From contig CBDCKN010000003.1 in the NCBI GenBank assembly GCA_965218295.1, positions 160,001 to 224,000 on the forward strand: a stretch of 64,000 nt of DNA. Direction: 5' to 3'. The notes below the pieces were generated by a model. That model did no database searches, was not told the DNA's origin, and worked only from the letters and a program-made list of their open reading frames with translations. Made by a program: the position numbers and the translations under genes. Source of the stretch: Longimicrobiales bacterium (GTDB lineage: Bacteria > Gemmatimonadota > Gemmatimonadetes > Longimicrobiales > Gaopeijiaceae). This document shows positions 61,364 to 64,000 of the stretch, in pieces (position 1 is the first letter of the stretch; every line of letters begins with the position of its first letter).

Positions 61364-62506
61364 TTAGACCCAACCCCTCCTTCAGAACATCCGAAGAGTC
61401 TCGGCGAACCGGCCCAACTCTTCGGGCATGGCCGAGAGCGAGAGTCGGTTGTACGAGAGCATCGGCGGGAACGGTCGTCCTACCAGAATCCCGTGGTCCT
61501 TCATGCGACGGATGTAGAGGGTCTGGTCGCCGCGGATCTCGTGGAACAAAAAAGCCGTGTGGCTCTGAAAGTAATGAAGCCCGAGCTCGTCAAGGCACGT
61601 GGTCACCACTTCTTCGCACTGCTCCCACGTTCTCAGGCTCTTCTCCTGCCAACCTCGCTCCTCGAGGGCGGCAAGAGCACCGGCCATGGCCAGAGTATTG
61701 GGATTGAAGTGGGTGGCATAGAGATTCAGTCGGCGGGCGGTCTCGGCCTCGCAGAGGCCGTAGCCGATGCGGAGCCCGGCCATCCCGTAGAGCTTGGAGA
61801 AGGTCCGGGTGACCAGCACGTTCGACCGCTCCCCAGCCCACTTCTCCGCGGACCAGTACGTCGCGTCGTCGACGAAAGGGAAATAAGCTTCGTCAACAAT
61901 GAAAAAGACATTGTCGGAAGCCGATGAGATCCAGTCGTCCACTTCGGCGCTGGGGGTGAGCGTTCCGGTCGGATTGTTGGGATCGCAGATGTAAACCACA
62001 GTGGGTTCTCGCCACCCCTCGGCCTGACGTCTCATGCGTTCGACATCGTGGGCGAACTCACTCGTGAGAGGCACCTGCTCGATCCGGTAGGGAAGGGGCT
62101 CTCCGTACTGGATGGCATCCTCGTAGGTCGGATACGCCTGAAGGATGCGACTCTGGGGAGAGGCGTGAGCCTGGATAGCCGTCCGAATGACTTCCGTGGA
62201 ACCGGACCCGAGAACCACCTGGTCCGCGGGCACGTCATGGAGCTCGGCGAGTCGAGCTATGAGCGTCTCTCGCCGGGGGCCGGGGTAGTGCGGCACATCC
62301 GCCATCGCTTCGAGAATCGCCGCGCGCGCTCTCGGTGGTGCGCCCAGCGGGTTGGCGTTGTGATTCAGCCGCAGCGTGGTGTGCTGAACCGGCAGAGCCA
62401 TCGAAAACGGTCCTCGCCTATCGATGCCGGCAAAGGCGGCGCTCGGGAATGCCGCTAGCCCCACCGAGGCTTTGGTCCCATTGGCAATGAATATCCGGCG
62501 GTCCAT
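61364..62506 (-). CDS. Tat-signal PLP aminotransferase, histidinol-phosphate aminotransferase family (in-frame TGA six codons before the TAA)
   Basis: MDRRIFI signal, PNNPTG, VDEAY, RTFSKLYGMAGLRIGY; ends MF-TGA-RRGWV-TAA. Confidence 0.82.
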
Positions 62507-62728
62507 TCTCACCTCCTGGGGTAACGGCTAAGGCGCTGCCGCGAGAATGTGAGTGGCTGGGGATCCCTCGTAGCCGACACGTGGCCGGGGTGCCCCAGGG
62601 AGCCCATAGATCCCCAGCCATTCTAGAGGACATTGGGTTTCGTGGCGAGTCAGCGGCGCCAAACGGACCCCGGCCAGTCTCGTGAAACCAGCCGACGTGG
62701 GTGGGGTGCCTCGGCCTTACCTCCATCC

Positions 62729-64000
62729 TTACTTTCGGGGCCGTACGGCCCGTACGTTGCTCGGGCCCTGGGCGTGCTGCCGCTTCCACGCATCGGGGTG
62801 GAAGAGCAACAACACCGTATAGATCTCCAGGCGCCCCACCAGCATGAGGAAGGTGATCACGACCAGCCCCGGGTCGGTGATCCACCCGTAGTTGTCCGTC
62901 GCGCCCACGGCCCCGAGTCCGGGGCCGATGTTTCCGACCGATGCGGCACTGGCGCCTACCGCGGTGAGGATATCCATGCCGAAGAAGGTCAGAAGCATGC
63001 CGCCTAAGAGCACCAGGATCACGTAGAGGCTCACGAACCCGAGGATGTTCAGCAGGACGTCCTCTCGTACAGCGCGTTTCCCGATGCGGGCCATCAGGAT
63101 CGCCCTCGGGTGCAAATGCTTTCGGATCTCATTGGCCGTGTGCCTGAGTAGCACGAGCACCCGGACCGCCTTGATCCCACCACCCGTCGACCCGGCCATG
63201 CCGCCCACGAACATGAGCGTGACCAGCAGCCCCTGAGCCACCGGGGCCCACATCTCGAAGTCGGCGGAGACGAAGCCGGTCGTGGTCGTTATCGCCACCG
63301 ATTGGAACATGCCGTGACGGAAAGCGCGCTCTACCCCGCCCATGGTGAGCTCGTAGGTACCGGCCATCAGGTTGCTGACCATGAGGAAGAGGCCGGCCCC
63401 CACGATCACCATGGTGAAGAACCGCCACTCCTGATCCCTGAAGTACTCGAGGCGTCCTGCGGCGGCCCGGAAGTGAAGCGCGAAGTTCACCCCGGCGACA
63501 TACATGAAGATGATCGTGACGTAGTGGATGTACGCCGAATCGAAACCGGCGATCGAGGCGCTCTTGGTCGAGAAGCCCCCGGTCGCGAGGGTCGCGAACG
63601 CGTGGTTCACGGCGTCGAACAGTGACATCCCGCCGAGCAGATACAGCACGATCTGCACGCCCGTGAGCCCCACGTACACACCCCAGAGCAGCTTTGCGGT
63701 TTGCGTGATGCGTGGTCGTAGACGCTCGGGGGTGGGTCCGGGCACCTCGGCCCGAAAGAGCTGCATACCACCCACGCCTATATACGGCAGTATCGCGATG
63801 GCCAGCACGATGATCCCCATGCCGCCCAGCCAGTGCGTGACCGAGCGCCACAAGAGGATACCCTCCGGAAGCGCCTCCACTTCGGCGAACACGGTGGCAC
63901 CGGTCGTCGTGAAACCGGACATCGCTTCGAAGATCGCGGGCACGATGCCGTCAACGGTGCCGGAGATCAGGTAGGGCAGAGCGCCGGACACCGCCATCGC
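62729..64000 (-). CDS. trkH: TrkH-family potassium uptake permease (5' part outside the window)
   Basis: [50 protein letters not shown]. Confidence 0.95.
   Translation of the reverse strand, partial: AMAVSGALPYLISGTVDGIVPAIFEAMSGFTTTGATVFAEVEALPEGILLWRSVTHWLGGMGIIVLAIAILPYIGVGGMQLFRAEVPGPTPERLRPRITQTAKLLWGVYVGLTGVQIVLYLLGGMSLFDAVNHAFATLATGGFSTKSASIAGFDSAYIHYVTIIFMYVAGVNFALHFRAAAGRLEYFRDQEWRFFTMVIVGAGLFLMVSNLMAGTYELTMGGVERAFRHGMFQSVAITTTTGFVSADFEMWAPVAQGLLVTLMFVGGMAGSTGGGIKAVRVLVLLRHTANEIRKHLHPRAILMARIGKRAVREDVLLNILGFVSLYVILVLLGGMLLTFFGMDILTAVGASAASVGNIGPGLGAVGATDNYGWITDPGLVVITFLMLVGRLEIYTVLLLFHPDAWKRQHAQGPSNVRAVRPRK

Overview
GC-rich bacterial chromosomal window; gene content suggests Gemmatimonadota/Longimicrobiales (inference only). 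Most of it is housekeeping, transport and catabolism: pcm, PflX-like and AmmeMemoRadiSam radical SAM genes, msrPQ, an RsmB/F methylase, a rhamnulose-P aldolase/SDR fusion, Nramp, ceramidase, an oxalate-CoA ligase-like gene plus panE, a two-component system, MFS and POT transporters, FKBP, a PQQ dehydrogenase with a dihaem cytochrome c, amidase, YeeE/YedE, ABC-F, a Liv-type ABC operon with CoA ligases, and trkH. Many genes are frameshifted, truncated or carry in-frame TGA codons, which may reflect both long-read errors and real decay. The standout is a complete 3.9-kb IS1595-family cargo transposon at 34341-38219 with 24-bp TIRs and an exact 8-bp TSD (ATTCGTAT). It carries: (i) a non-canonical 8/4 tRNA-like gene resembling allo-tRNAs, with a CAA (Leu) anticodon but Ser-type identity features and an extended closing stem; (ii) a ~140-nt structured RNA closed by a 21-bp helix directly behind a sigma70-like promoter; (iii) a hairpin-dense tract after the transposase; (iv) a DUF1508 gene, a 57-aa ORF, and a 150-aa tail-anchored ORF split in-frame by a nested IS3. 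Also present are an IS630-like MITE with scattered single-end scars, and a His/Cys-rich leader with a probable RGPP arrest motif in front of a deleted metal-uptake operon. All calls come from reading the sequence by eye; no searches were run.
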